Virus record (IMG/VR): IMGVR_UViG_3300046787_000345
Location: 8,757 to 72,756 of that record
From: a virus
Length of the DNA stretch: 64,000 nt
Reading direction: 5' to 3' (one strand)
The notes beneath the pieces were generated by a model. The model had not been told where the DNA came from. It worked only from the letters and a program-made list of their open reading frames with translations, and did no database searches. Below are positions 17,725 to 29,700 of the stretch, one piece after another. Both the position numbers and the translations under genes were made by a program. Every line of letters starts with the position of its first letter. The stretch's first letter is position 1.

Positions 17725-18989
17725 TACAATTTCTTAATTTCAGGTAATTTAAGAGCAATATGTTCAGTTGTCTTTACATATTTACCAAAAATTTTACCCA
17801 TTTCTTCAGTCATTTTATTTAATGAAAAGTTATTCTTTATATTAGAACTCAATCCTTTGGATGATTCTAAGTGTTTTGAATAATTTTTAAATACGTCTAA
17901 TAGTTTTTGTGCTGCATTTGAATAATTGACAGTGAACCATTTTGATTCTTTTAATAAAAACTGATTTGATGCAGATGCATGTACGGGTGTAAGTTCACCA
18001 TCTAATAAAATTGTATTCTCTTTAGGTAAAAAATCAACATGACCACTCCAATTACTAACTAAAATAGGTTTACCAGTACAAGCAAATTCTGCAAGTGGTC
18101 TACCATATCCTTCACCTTTGGTAAATGAAATCATAGTTTTTACTTTTGGATGATGATATAATGATGATAATTCTTCAGCTGTCATATCTCCAAATAATAA
18201 ATATATTGGTGGACACTGATTACCATATTCAGTTGTTAATTCTTTAATTTTATTTGCTATAGATTCTCTATCCATTACACTAAATCCTGCAGTTGATGTT
18301 TTTAAAATCAAACCAGGTTGTTTATCTTTTGGAGTATTTTTGAAAATAGTACAAAATGTTTTGATTAACATCCCCACATCTTTTCTATCTTGTCCTAAAT
18401 CACCTGATAACCAGTGTCCTACGAATAAAAAGTTAAATTCACTTTCAATATTTTCTAATACATCTTTTGATGTTTGGTGAGATTTAGTGAATACATCAAT
18501 ATCAACACCTTCGAAAAGAACTTCAATAGGTTTAACAATTGAAATATCTCTAATTTTTTGATTAGTTCTTTTATCTACCTCTGAAAATGTTGTTGATTTT
18601 AATACTTCTTTTGTGAAATTGGATGGTACTAAAACTAAATCCATTCGATTACACCCATCGATAAAATCTTTCGGTGCGATTGTAGTTTCAACTCCGGCAG
18701 TTACACCGATGTTGTACTTACCTAATGTTTGGAATTCATTTGCAACTGTTACTTGAACATATACATCTGGTTGTCTATCCAAATGAGTTACAACATTATC
18801 CAATATTCGTTGTCCGAATTCAGTTGTGATATCCAATTGGTTTTGTGGGGTAGTTCCCCAACGTGTTGGTATAATTTTCACATCGTACTTATCCAATTGA
18901 AAAATACTATGTAACAAATCTCTAGCGTGGTCGCCATATCCAGAACGTGTTGCTACAGGTCCTTGAAATACTAATAATGGTTTACTCAT
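17724..18989 (-). CDS. GT4 (GT-B) glycosyltransferase
   Basis: SGYG, KGEGYGRPLAE..CTGKP; likely start MSKPLLV at 18989. Confidence 0.88.
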   Translation of the reverse strand: MSKPLLVFQGPVATRSGYGDHARDLLHSIFQLDKYDVKIIPTRWGTTPQNQLDITTEFGQRILDNVVTHLDRQPDVYVQVTVANEFQTLGKYNIGVTAGVETTIAPKDFIDGCNRMDLVLVPSNFTKEVLKSTTFSEVDKRTNQKIRDISIVKPIEVLFEGVDIDVFTKSHQTSKDVLENIESEFNFLFVGHWLSGDLGQDRKDVGMLIKTFCTIFKNTPKDKQPGLILKTSTAGFSVMDRESIANKIKELTTEYGNQCPPIYLLFGDMTAEELSSLYHHPKVKTMISFTKGEGYGRPLAEFACTGKPILVSNWSGHVDFLPKENTILLDGELTPVHASASNQFLLKESKWFTVNYSNAAQKLLDVFKNYSKHLESSKGLSSNIKNNFSLNKMTEEMGKIFGKYVKTTEHIALKLPEIKKL

Positions 18990-19254
18990 TGCGTAATCTT
19001 TTTCGTTGTTCTTCTTGCTTGATACATCTTTCGATTGACATCTCAACCAATTTTGTAATATTTTGTAATGTGGTTGGTTGGTGTGGTGAATTAAACATTT
19101 CAAACTTTACGTTTTCAACTTCACTATCACCCAACACAAATATATAATAATCATCTGCTAGACCAGGAGTTTTATATATACTCTCTCTAGCTCTTTCTAT
19201 TCTTTCTTGTTCCCACATACCGGGAAGTCTTATTATGAATATAGGTTTACTCAT
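18982..19254 (-). CDS. Hypothetical protein
   Basis: ORF; likely start MSKPIFII at 19254. Confidence 0.55.
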   Translation of the reverse strand: MSKPIFIIRLPGMWEQERIERARESIYKTPGLADDYYIFVLGDSEVENVKFEMFNSPHQPTTLQNITKLVEMSIERCIKQEEQRKRLRNE

Positions 19255-19255
19255 A

Positions 19256-19681
19256 TTATTTACCTGTTGAACCAAATCCACCAGTTCCTCTTTCAGTAGT
19301 TGATAACTCATCTACTTCAGTCAATTCTATAATAGGATGTGGAATAATCATAATCTGACAAACTCGTTCTCCTACTTTGTAAGATATAGAATCCAATCCA
19401 TTTGATTTATTAAAAGTTGCTTGCAATTCTCCTCGATAACCCGAATCAATTACTCCTACCGAATTACTTAATGTAAGTTCCGTATTTCTGATTGATGAAC
19501 GAGGGAATACTAATCCAACAAATCCTTCAGGTATTTCCAATGCAATACCCAATCCATATGTTATTTGAAAAGTAGTATTTGAAATGATTGATGTTGCCAC
19601 CAAATCCAATCCTGCATCACTTTCCTTTGCGTACGCTGGGATTATTGCGTTAGGATGTACTCTTTTTATTTTTACTTTCAT
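19256..19681 (-). CDS. dut: Trimeric dUTPase
   Basis: AGLDL, PRSS, GVIDSGYRGE, RGTGGFGSTG. Confidence 0.96.
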   Translation of the reverse strand: MKVKIKRVHPNAIIPAYAKESDAGLDLVATSIISNTTFQITYGLGIALEIPEGFVGLVFPRSSIRNTELTLSNSVGVIDSGYRGELQATFNKSNGLDSISYKVGERVCQIMIIPHPIIELTEVDELSTTERGTGGFGSTGK

Positions 19682-19682
19682 T

Positions 19683-21077
19683 TTATGCTATTTTATATAG
19701 ATTATATCTATCTTTTGGTTTCCAATTTTGTAATGCAGTTTCCATACCATCAATCAATGTTTTACACATATATTTGGTATTTAAACCATCTTCTTTAATC
19801 ATCCAATTTCTACCTACCAATCCTCTTTGTTTACGTTCTTCTTTCGGAATATCATACCAATATCGAAGAACTTCTGCAACTTCATAGATATCTACTTTGT
19901 CATCGATAATATATGGAGTTGGGACTGAACCCACTAATGTTTGAACTTTACTAAATACTGGTTTAACCCATTCACCATGTTTAAGTTTATCACCCCACTC
20001 TCTAACATCATGCAATGAACCAATCTTTACATAATCTTCAGCAGTTAATTCTTTACCATCTAATGTAAATCCACACTGGTCTTGCAATCCACCCGTTACG
20101 TTTACAATGATTGGAGTTCCGGCCATAACTGATTCTGCAGTTACTAAACCAAATCCTTCATTACCTGCAATGTTAATTGTGATATCAGATAAATTGTATA
20201 GATAATTTAATTCTTGTTGTGAAATACGTGATTGTGAAAATCTAACATCGTAATCTGGACAAATGGTTTCTTTTACTGCGAATAAATCAGTTCCGTTTTG
20301 GTCAATTGGTGCTGTATGCATCAATAGTAAAACTTTACTCCTATCTTCTTCAGGTAACCCATCAACAAAACGTTTGTATGCCCAAATTACATCAGATGGT
20401 TGTTTACGTCTGATATTACGATTCATCCAAAATAAAACGAATTTGTAATCCTTATCACCTAAAATTGCTTTACGGAATTCTGCAGGTACTTCAGTTGGTT
20501 TGTATTTTTGAGGGTCAATACCATGCGGTACATAACTTACTTGCCAATCTTCTAATGGTTTAAACGTAACCTTATCATCGCGTTGACCTACTCTTTTTAC
20601 AATACCATAGGTTTGTTTAGAAATACATCCTAACCAATCACATGATTCATAATAATCTCTATTATATTGTGGGTCTGGTAAATCATCCCAAATATGGTAA
20701 AAGAAAATAGGAACATTTTGTCTAACTTCTGCTTCCATTTCGTATAACCATCTCCAATAACGAGGGTCAGTAAAATGTAGAATTGCATCAGGTTGATGTC
20801 TCATAATTAATTCACGTAAAATATTTGCATCACCATATCCACTATATGGAATGATTTTTACTGATGCATCTTCAATACCTGATATTTTTCTAGCATCTTC
20901 ACCCAAATCGATTTCTTTACCACTTTCTGGATGTTCTACTGCTGCACCTAATTGTACCCAATCGTATTTGTCTAACGTACCAAAAATAAGGTCTTTGGAT
21001 ACTGTTGCTATACCAGATGACATTCTAAAATCATCTGATAGTAAAAGAATTTTCTTTTTCTTTCTTTGTTCTGCCAT
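19683..21077 (-). CDS. GT4 (GT-B) glycosyltransferase
   Basis: VPHG, NRNIRRK, EGFGL..AES..AGTP. Confidence 0.9.
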   Translation of the reverse strand: MAEQRKKKKILLLSDDFRMSSGIATVSKDLIFGTLDKYDWVQLGAAVEHPESGKEIDLGEDARKISGIEDASVKIIPYSGYGDANILRELIMRHQPDAILHFTDPRYWRWLYEMEAEVRQNVPIFFYHIWDDLPDPQYNRDYYESCDWLGCISKQTYGIVKRVGQRDDKVTFKPLEDWQVSYVPHGIDPQKYKPTEVPAEFRKAILGDKDYKFVLFWMNRNIRRKQPSDVIWAYKRFVDGLPEEDRSKVLLLMHTAPIDQNGTDLFAVKETICPDYDVRFSQSRISQQELNYLYNLSDITINIAGNEGFGLVTAESVMAGTPIIVNVTGGLQDQCGFTLDGKELTAEDYVKIGSLHDVREWGDKLKHGEWVKPVFSKVQTLVGSVPTPYIIDDKVDIYEVAEVLRYWYDIPKEERKQRGLVGRNWMIKEDGLNTKYMCKTLIDGMETALQNWKPKDRYNLYKIA

Positions 21078-21087
21078 TTAAATAAAA

Positions 21088-21282
21088 TTAAAATTGTGAA
21101 CCACTAGTGTGTAGTTCGGAATATTCGTTGATTTCAGTTCTAAAAGTTTCGTCCTCTATGTATTTGTTGATTGAACGATTTACTAACTTTTGTAGTGTGA
21201 TATTAGAATCAAACGAAAGTTGTTTGAATTTTGAGTAAACATCTTTTACGATTTTTACTGTTGTTAATTTTGTGTTTGTCAT
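21088..21282 (-). CDS. Ribbon-helix-helix DNA-binding protein
   Basis: LTTVKI beta-ribbon followed by two helices; heads the glycosylation cluster. Confidence 0.55.
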   Translation of the reverse strand: MTNTKLTTVKIVKDVYSKFKQLSFDSNITLQKLVNRSINKYIEDETFRTEINEYSELHTSGSQF

Positions 21283-21305
21283 AACTCTCTCCTTTTTATG
21301 TTATG

Positions 21306-21314
21306 TATAAATAT
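21306..21314 (-). promoter_or_regulatory. Class-2 promoter motif ATATTTATA
   Basis: 23 nt upstream of ATG at 21282. Confidence 0.55.
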
Positions 21315-21340
21315 ATACAAATATATAAAAAAGAAAAAAA

Positions 21341-22198
21341 TTACTGCCAAATAGGACATATTTTTCGAGTCTTAAACTCACACCAATCACATGATTTACC
21401 TTTATTGGTAGGAAATTCAACATCTTTTACCTTACCCTCTTCATCGTAAACCGCATCTACGAATTCAGTAAATCCTTTCCATGCTGCGTTTACCGATGGT
21501 TTACCATTGGGTGGTACAAATTTTGAAATACGTGGGATTGCATATTCAGTATTTTCACTAATCTTACGTTTTAAGATTTGATATTCTACTTTGATTTTAT
21601 CCAAAGGTACATTGTACTTTTCAGAATAGAATTTCTTATACAATAACATTTGTGATGTTTTAACCTTATCTGTTTTTTGGTAACTACTCCAACCACGTGT
21701 TGAAGTTTTAAGGTCAATAATAATGATATCACCAGATGAAACATCCTTTAATACGATATCGATAAATCCAACAAAATTAACGCCAGGTCTGACCTCTGCA
21801 TTCAAAGGTAATTCGATTGATACTAATTCAAATCCACTTTTAGTATAAAGTTTATCTAATTTGGATTTAAAATATTGTAAAATTAATCTACCATCTCCAA
21901 AGAATTCTTCCAATTCTTCTTTTTCACATGGTGCACCTTCTGTCATCTTAGCCTTTTCAGCAGTAAAATGTTCCACCAACTTATCTTTTAACATAAGTTC
22001 GAGGTCTAACTCTAATGCTTGTTTTTTAGTTACACCATACATCACACTTAAAAAGTGTTGGATTGTTTCGTGCATTGCAGAACCAAAAATTGTATGTATA
22101 TTTGCTGAAGATTCTCCTAACTTATCAATATAACTTAGTTTGAATTGTTGTGGACAACTAGTCCACATTCCGTATTGACTATAACTTACTCTTGCCAT
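21341..22198 (-). CDS. PD-(D/E)XK exonuclease (RecB/Cas4-like)
   Basis: SYS...CP, FGSAMH, GFIDIV, IIDLKT, Q..LY, C.WCEF...C. Confidence 0.85.
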   Translation of the reverse strand: MARVSYSQYGMWTSCPQQFKLSYIDKLGESSANIHTIFGSAMHETIQHFLSVMYGVTKKQALELDLELMLKDKLVEHFTAEKAKMTEGAPCEKEELEEFFGDGRLILQYFKSKLDKLYTKSGFELVSIELPLNAEVRPGVNFVGFIDIVLKDVSSGDIIIIDLKTSTRGWSSYQKTDKVKTSQMLLYKKFYSEKYNVPLDKIKVEYQILKRKISENTEYAIPRISKFVPPNGKPSVNAAWKGFTEFVDAVYDEEGKVKDVEFPTNKGKSCDWCEFKTRKICPIWQ

Positions 22199-22217
22199 TA
22201 TCTATCTTTTTATATAA

Positions 22218-22249
22218 CAAATATACGAAAAATATATGAAAAAACCAAA
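22218..22249 (-). promoter_or_regulatory. Bacteroidota-type sigma promoter (TTTG-N20-TATATTTG)
   Basis: Exact -33/-7 consensus upstream of 22198. Confidence 0.8.
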
Positions 22250-22699
22250 TTAAATTTTAAGTTTTAATTTGGTTATTTCTTTTGTTTCGATTCCGTATTT
22301 TTCACAAATGTATTTTATATGTTCTCTACCTTCTTTTGTAGCATATAAAATTTCTAAATATTCTTCTGCCTGTTTTGTGGAACATTGGTAATCCTTTACT
22401 ACCAATTCCACTAACCATTTTTCGTATGAATCTTCCTTTTTACCTTTAACGTAACGTAGGTAATATTTTCCTTTGGGAATAATACCGATTAATGCAAGGT
22501 AAAGTTGTTTAGGTTCTAATATTTCAGTATATGGTTGCAATTCTGATATAAATTGTATCCAATCAGGATTCATAGATAAAAATCTATGTACCATATAATT
22601 AGACCAGGTCTTTTTATCGGCATCATCTAACTTATCCCAATACTTTGGGTCTTGGTCAGTTGTAATTGCTTTAATATGTTCGAAAAGCGATTTAGCCAT
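22250..22699 (-). CDS. Clamp loader small subunit (T4 gp62-like)
   Basis: LFEHI.AI, YMVHRFLS, Y.RY.K pattern; close to the clamp loader ATPase. Confidence 0.65.
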   Translation of the reverse strand: MAKSLFEHIKAITTDQDPKYWDKLDDADKKTWSNYMVHRFLSMNPDWIQFISELQPYTEILEPKQLYLALIGIIPKGKYYLRYVKGKKEDSYEKWLVELVVKDYQCSTKQAEEYLEILYATKEGREHIKYICEKYGIETKEITKLKLKI

Positions 22700-22967
22700 T
22701 TTGTTCTTTACTTAATTTATCTTTGTGTTCTAATGCTTGTAATTCTAATGCAGACATCTCATGATTTACCTCTCCACATTCACCACAAACTAACACTTCA
22801 AATGGAATAACCATATCTTGTTCACCACCGAATGCTAGTTTAGATAGTTTTCTAAACTTTGTACCACTAATGAATACATCGTATCCACAATGAGGACATA
22901 ACATTGGAACTGAATTGGATATATCTACTTTTTGTTTTGGTGGTTGTTGACCTAATATATTTGCCAT
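22692..22967 (-). CDS. Zinc-ribbon protein
   Basis: CPHC...CGEC. Confidence 0.65.
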   Translation of the reverse strand: MANILGQQPPKQKVDISNSVPMLCPHCGYDVFISGTKFRKLSKLAFGGEQDMVIPFEVLVCGECGEVNHEMSALELQALEHKDKLSKEQNG

Positions 22968-22971
22968 AATT

Positions 22972-23277
22972 TTATTTTATAATCATTTCTAAATCCATCT
23001 CTCTACATAGATAGTATTCTTTATCACCTAAGTTAATCTTACGCAAACTCATTCCACCTGCAGGTAACATTACTTTATCACCAACTTCCACTTCCATTGG
23101 GATTCTAGTACCATTTTGGGTATAAATACCATTTCCAACTGAAACTACTACTCCAATTTGGTTTTCAGTATCTTTGACACTATCGGGTATGATAATACCA
23201 CCCACGGTCTTTTCTTTTGTTTCTACTTCGATTAGGACTCTATCTCCTAATGGTTTTGCTAATTGTTCGTTTGACAT
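22972..23277 (-). CDS. groES: Co-chaperonin GroES
   Basis: KPLGDRVLI, GGIIIPD, VVSVG.G, VGDKV. Confidence 0.93.
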   Translation of the reverse strand: MSNEQLAKPLGDRVLIEVETKEKTVGGIIIPDSVKDTENQIGVVVSVGNGIYTQNGTRIPMEVEVGDKVMLPAGGMSLRKINLGDKEYYLCREMDLEMIIK

Positions 23278-23290
23278 ATGTTTATTTTAA

Positions 23291-23500
23291 TTAATCGAAC
23301 CATTGGGTTCTATTTGTTTTTACATTTTTTACACCACTTTTTTTAAGGATTTCGTGTCCTTTCTTTTTCCATTGACTTACAACCTTTTTATCCTTACGTT
23401 TATATAAAGATAATTGGTCTAAATAAGAGATGAAATCTTCCTCTGATAATTTAGTTAAATCATCATCGGTTAGTGGATTGTTAGGGTCGAATGTTATCAT
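23291..23500 (-). CDS. Hypothetical protein
   Basis: 69-aa ORF downstream of a host-type promoter. Confidence 0.55.
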   Translation of the reverse strand: MITFDPNNPLTDDDLTKLSEEDFISYLDQLSLYKRKDKKVVSQWKKKGHEILKKSGVKNVKTNRTQWFD

Positions 23501-23517
23501 ATCTTTTTATTTATACT

Positions 23518-23549
23518 CAAATATACGAATAATATTCCATATTACCAAA
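23518..23549 (-). promoter_or_regulatory. Bacteroidota-type sigma promoter
   Basis: TTTG-N20-TATATTTG. Confidence 0.8.
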
Positions 23550-23557
23550 TTTATTTA

Positions 23558-24100
23558 CTATATATTCAATAATTTTAATATATCTTCAACTGTCTTATCC
23601 CCCACATCCACAATATCATACGAAATGTTGTATTTTATTAGTGAATTTTCAATCTCAGCATCCAATATCTTAGATTCTTCTAATGATTGATATCGTTCCT
23701 TCTCATTATACCCACCTTCCGTTCGATTTAACACTATATTTAGGGAATCATACTGATTATGGATATCTAATACCATTCTATCAAAAGACTCTCCATATAA
23801 GGTTGCTGGGTACTCTAATCCTTTATATACTGAACGATATACTAAGGATAGTAGGATTGGTGAATCTAATATTATATAATCTACCTTACCAAAACTTTTA
23901 ACAATCCCTCTATGTTGATTTGCTAACACATATAATTGGTCTTTAATAGCCGAGTGGTTTTCATCCCATGCAAGTTGTTTTGGAAACTCATATGGATTGT
24001 CACACGTTATATGTTTCTTTTTAAGTTTATAGGTAAGACCGGAGGCAATTGAGGATTTACCTATACCCGGTCCACCAAATAGATTTATTATTTTACTCAT
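23558..24100 (-). CDS. P-loop nucleotide kinase-like ATPase (AAA_28/NadR-type)
   Basis: IINLFGGPGIGKS, ILDSP; likely start ATG 24100 coupled to the upstream stop. Confidence 0.75.
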   Translation of the reverse strand: MSKIINLFGGPGIGKSSIASGLTYKLKKKHITCDNPYEFPKQLAWDENHSAIKDQLYVLANQHRGIVKSFGKVDYIILDSPILLSLVYRSVYKGLEYPATLYGESFDRMVLDIHNQYDSLNIVLNRTEGGYNEKERYQSLEESKILDAEIENSLIKYNISYDIVDVGDKTVEDILKLLNI

Positions 24101-25047
24101 TATAGGATTCCGTTGATACCAATTAAAGTTGCCATAAAACAAATTTCTTTATCTACCACCAAAGCATCTCTATGTTGCCCTTGTGATAATTCTAAGATAA
24201 CTGCGGATGTATTACCTGCTGCATATTCATCTACTTTTTCATAAAGATATGTGTATAATTCCGTAAAATCTTGTACACGAGAATCTGCAACAGCTTGTCT
24301 TAAATTTACATAACGATTTCGTTTATCGTCTTTTGATTTAAGAATATCTACAATCTTAACTTTAACATCAGAATCTAATATAGAACCAGTATCAACTTTT
24401 AATACACCCTTAGATGAATTTAATTGACAAGTATTGATAATTTTACGAATATCAGGATACGATGCATCTACAATAGGAACTATTTCTTTTGGTTCAAATT
24501 GTACTTTTTCAGCATTCAATATTTTACTGATTTGAATTGCAACATCTCGTTTTGTAGGTGGTACTATTTGAAATGTTTGACAACGTGATTGAATTGGGTC
24601 AATTACTTTCTCAACATAATTACAAGTCAAAATAAAACGACAATGTTTTGAAAAAGTTTCCATTAAGTTACGCAAGATTGCCTGTGCATTTGGAGTCATA
24701 TAATCAAACTCATCCAAAATGATAATCTTAGTATCTTTAAATCCAATAGTAGAAGCAAAAGATTTCACCTTATTACGGACAGTATCTACGTTATTTTCAT
24801 CAGATGCATTGATAATCATAAAATCACAATTAATTGAATTTACAATCAACTTTGCTAATGTAGTTTTACCAGTACCTGCTTTACCGAATAGTAATAGATG
24901 GGGTACATCTCCGGTACTGATATAATCACCAATCTTTTGTTTTAAATGGTCATTACCAACATAATCTTCCAATTTTTTTGGTCGATACTTTTCAACCCAT
25001 AATGTATTATTGGTTTCTTCTCGTGTTACTTCTTCAAAAAACGCCAT
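24100..25047 (-). CDS. Clamp loader ATPase subunit (RFC / T4 gp44-like)
   Basis: WVEKYRP, GKAGTGKT, INASD, ILDEFD, SRC. Confidence 0.95.
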   Translation of the reverse strand: MAFFEEVTREETNNTLWVEKYRPKKLEDYVGNDHLKQKIGDYISTGDVPHLLLFGKAGTGKTTLAKLIVNSINCDFMIINASDENNVDTVRNKVKSFASTIGFKDTKIIILDEFDYMTPNAQAILRNLMETFSKHCRFILTCNYVEKVIDPIQSRCQTFQIVPPTKRDVAIQISKILNAEKVQFEPKEIVPIVDASYPDIRKIINTCQLNSSKGVLKVDTGSILDSDVKVKIVDILKSKDDKRNRYVNLRQAVADSRVQDFTELYTYLYEKVDEYAAGNTSAVILELSQGQHRDALVVDKEICFMATLIGINGIL

Positions 25048-25072
25048 ATTATATATTTTAAACTTTTATAAA

Positions 25073-26695
<1,623 letters not shown>

Positions 26696-26718
26696 TTATT
26701 TTTTTAATTATTATTTTA

Positions 26719-26750
26719 CAAAGATACAAAATATTTTTGAAATTACCAAA
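26719..26750 (-). promoter_or_regulatory. Bacteroidota-type sigma promoter for groEL
   Basis: TTTG-N20-TATCTTTG. Confidence 0.8.
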
Positions 26751-26751
26751 C

Positions 26752-26777
26752 AAAAATGGGAGAATTTTTCTCCCATT
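26752..26777 (-). terminator. Intrinsic terminator after the TonB-dependent receptor
   Basis: AATGGGAGAA/TTCTCCCATT stem plus T-tract. Confidence 0.75.
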
Positions 26778-26798
26778 AATGTTTAGTTTAAAATGATA

Positions 26799-29700
26799 TT
26801 ATCTACCAAATGTATATCTAATACCTAATTGTGCACTCCATACATCAAATACTGATGAGTTGTACTGATAGGTATCTCTAGCTAAGATAGTAGAACCATC
26901 AGTTAATCTTTGAGTTGCTAATCTATATGATGGAACATTGTTTGCATCTCTACTTACAAAGTTCAACAATTGAGGAGCAGTTGCTCTTTGAGAAACACCG
27001 AATTGGTTATCAACTAAGTTACCAAAGTTTAAGATATCTGCTCTGATTTGGAATGAATTTCTCTTTCCACCAATCTTAACAAAGATATCTTGTGCTACTG
27101 ATAAATCAAATCTATGTAAGTAAGGTAACAAACCACCATTTCTTTCAGCGTATTGACCTCTACGAGTTTTTAAGTAATCATCTTGGTCAATGAACTTATC
27201 AAATGCTGCTTGTTGTTCAGCTTCGGTATAAGTTCTTCCACCTGCAGTTAATGGTACGAATCTAATATCTGAACCTTTATTTGGAACGAAGATTAAATCG
27301 TTATTGTTTACTCTATCACCATTTAAATCACCTGCTGCAATATAAGAGAATGGATTACCTTGTTGTCCTACATATCCTAATGTAAATGTAGTTGCTCCAC
27401 CATAGTTTCCGCCATATTCAATTCTATAACCTAATAAACCTACGAATCTATTCTTAACAAACGCATCTGCAAATGATAATCCTAAATCGTTATTACCATT
27501 AACTGATAATGCTGATTGCCAACTACCACTAGCGATTGAACCTGCACTCATATAATCTTTTGAGTTAGCAGTTGTCCAAGCGATTGAACCCCAAAATCCT
27601 TTTTGAACTGGTTTTTCTAATTTTAATGTCAATGATTCGTGGAATGCACCATCTCTATTCGTAAGAACTGCTGCTCTACTTACATTGTTATTTACTCTTA
27701 CAGTTGCATCACTTCCACCGAAACGAGGTCTATTATCTACACCACCCAAAGTTCCAACAGGATTTCTTAGGTTAGCTTCGTAGTAATGAACTGCGTTAAG
27801 TGTTTGATTGTAAAGATATTCAGCACTTGCTATCAATCCGAAGAATGGTAACTTTTGGTCTACTGCCAAATTAGTTTTCCATACCTGTGGGAATTTATAG
27901 TTAGGGTCTGTCAATGCTAAATCAAATGTAGATGGTAAAGTTGGAGTTGATGGGATAAAGTATTTGTTAGGGTCAGCAGTAAATCCATATTGTGCTGCTG
28001 CTGCACCACTTACATCAATAAATCCTGTCAACACCCCATTGTTACCAATTTGGTTAGATAAGAATACATAAGGAGGTCTACCCGTGAATACACCAGTACC
28101 ACCTCTAAATTGTGTTTTGCTTTCACCTTTTAAATTATAGTTGAAACCAACACGTGGTTCAAATAAAACTTGTGTTTTTGGCATTAAACCAGTATTCCAT
28201 TTTTCTCCATTTGCAAATGTCATTGCAGATACTGCTTTGTTTTCTAACGCAGTATTATCAAATCCAATAATGTTTGCTCTAACACCAAACGTTAATTTCA
28301 AATCTTCAGTTGCATCATACTCATCTTGTAAGTATAAATCTAATCTATTTGACCTTAAAGTTTGTAATGGTTCAATTGCTCCTGGTAATGCCGAATAACG
28401 GAATTGGAAACGAGCAGGTGCGAATGTAGACGGTCTACCACCATTTGCTAATGATTGATTAGCTGCAGTATAAAAATCATTCAAACTATTGAAGATATAA
28501 ACACCATTTGATGCAGGGAAGAATAAGTTATTAGATTCATAACTTTGAAAATTGAAACCACCTACTAATGTATGTTTGTTCAAATATTTTGTTAAGTTAT
28601 TTGTTACGTTAAATGTAGAATAATCTAACTTATTTCCCGGAGTGAATGGGTCAAATCCTACTGATGTTAATGTAGTAGAACCTTGTAAGATATCAATCGT
28701 TGGAAACATTTGAGACATATAACCTCTATTTTCAATTTGTTTATCATAAGAAACGATTAAGTTATTATGTAATGTATTTGAAAACTTTGAGTTTAATTCC
28801 AATACTGCTGAACGAGTATTATCCTGAATAGTATAGCCACTATTTTGGAAACTCATTGCATTGATGTTTTGTGTTCTATTACCGAAACCTGCAGATTGTG
28901 AATTTGATATACCGATTTGTGCCTCAGAATCATGATAAACGTAACGTGCAGTTAATTTATTGTTTGCATTGATATTCCAGTCAACACGAACTAAAAATTT
29001 GTTAGATGTGTTTGTGTTAGAATATCCTTCAAATGGACCGGTTTCGTAGTTGAACTTATCTTTCATAAATTTAGAAAGGTCAGTCAATTGTTGGAAAGTT
29101 GGTCTACTCACTTGTGAACCCGTTAAAGGAGAACCTGATGAAATCCAAGTTGTACCTGGTTCAGTTCTTTCGATGCCTTCGTAGTTACCAAAAATGAATA
29201 ATTTGTTCTTAATGATTGGTGCACCTAAACGGAAACCTTGCACTCTTTCATCAAATTTAGATGGAGTAATAGTTGTTCCTCTTGCGTTATTACCAATGTA
29301 AGTAGAACTATTATTTCGTTGTGTTGTATATACCGAACCTTCAACTTCGTTTGTACCACTTCTCGTTACTGCGTTGATACCTGCTCCGGTGAAACCAGAT
29401 TGACGAATATCAAAAGGTGCAATATTAACTTGTAATTGGTCAATCGCATCTAATGAAATAGCACTTGCTCCAGTTCTACCACCCGCTTGTGCAGATGAAC
29501 CTAAACCGAAGTTGTTATTAAATTGAGAACCATCGATTGTGAAGTTATTCAAACGAGAATCTTGTGCTCCAAATGAGTTACCATTACCGAATGGATTGTA
29601 TTTTGTAATACCATCGATAGTTCTAGCACCCACAATTGGGATAGTTTGTAATTCTCTACGAGAAAATTGTTGAGATGCACCGGTTCTTTCTCTTGAAATA

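Noticed and set aside
18990-19103. Long N-terminal extensions called by the ORF track (also at 14295, 19311, 24142, 30411, 8284)
   Set aside because: Most overlap upstream genes, and downstream ATGs give coupled starts or more typical N-termini
21318-21351. Possible additional host-type promoter
   Set aside because: Spacer is 22 nt rather than the 20 nt of all other copies, and the TCG extension is absent
21341-22198. Cas4 as part of a CRISPR-Cas system
   Set aside because: No other cas genes or array; stand-alone PD-(D/E)XK exonucleases are common in phages
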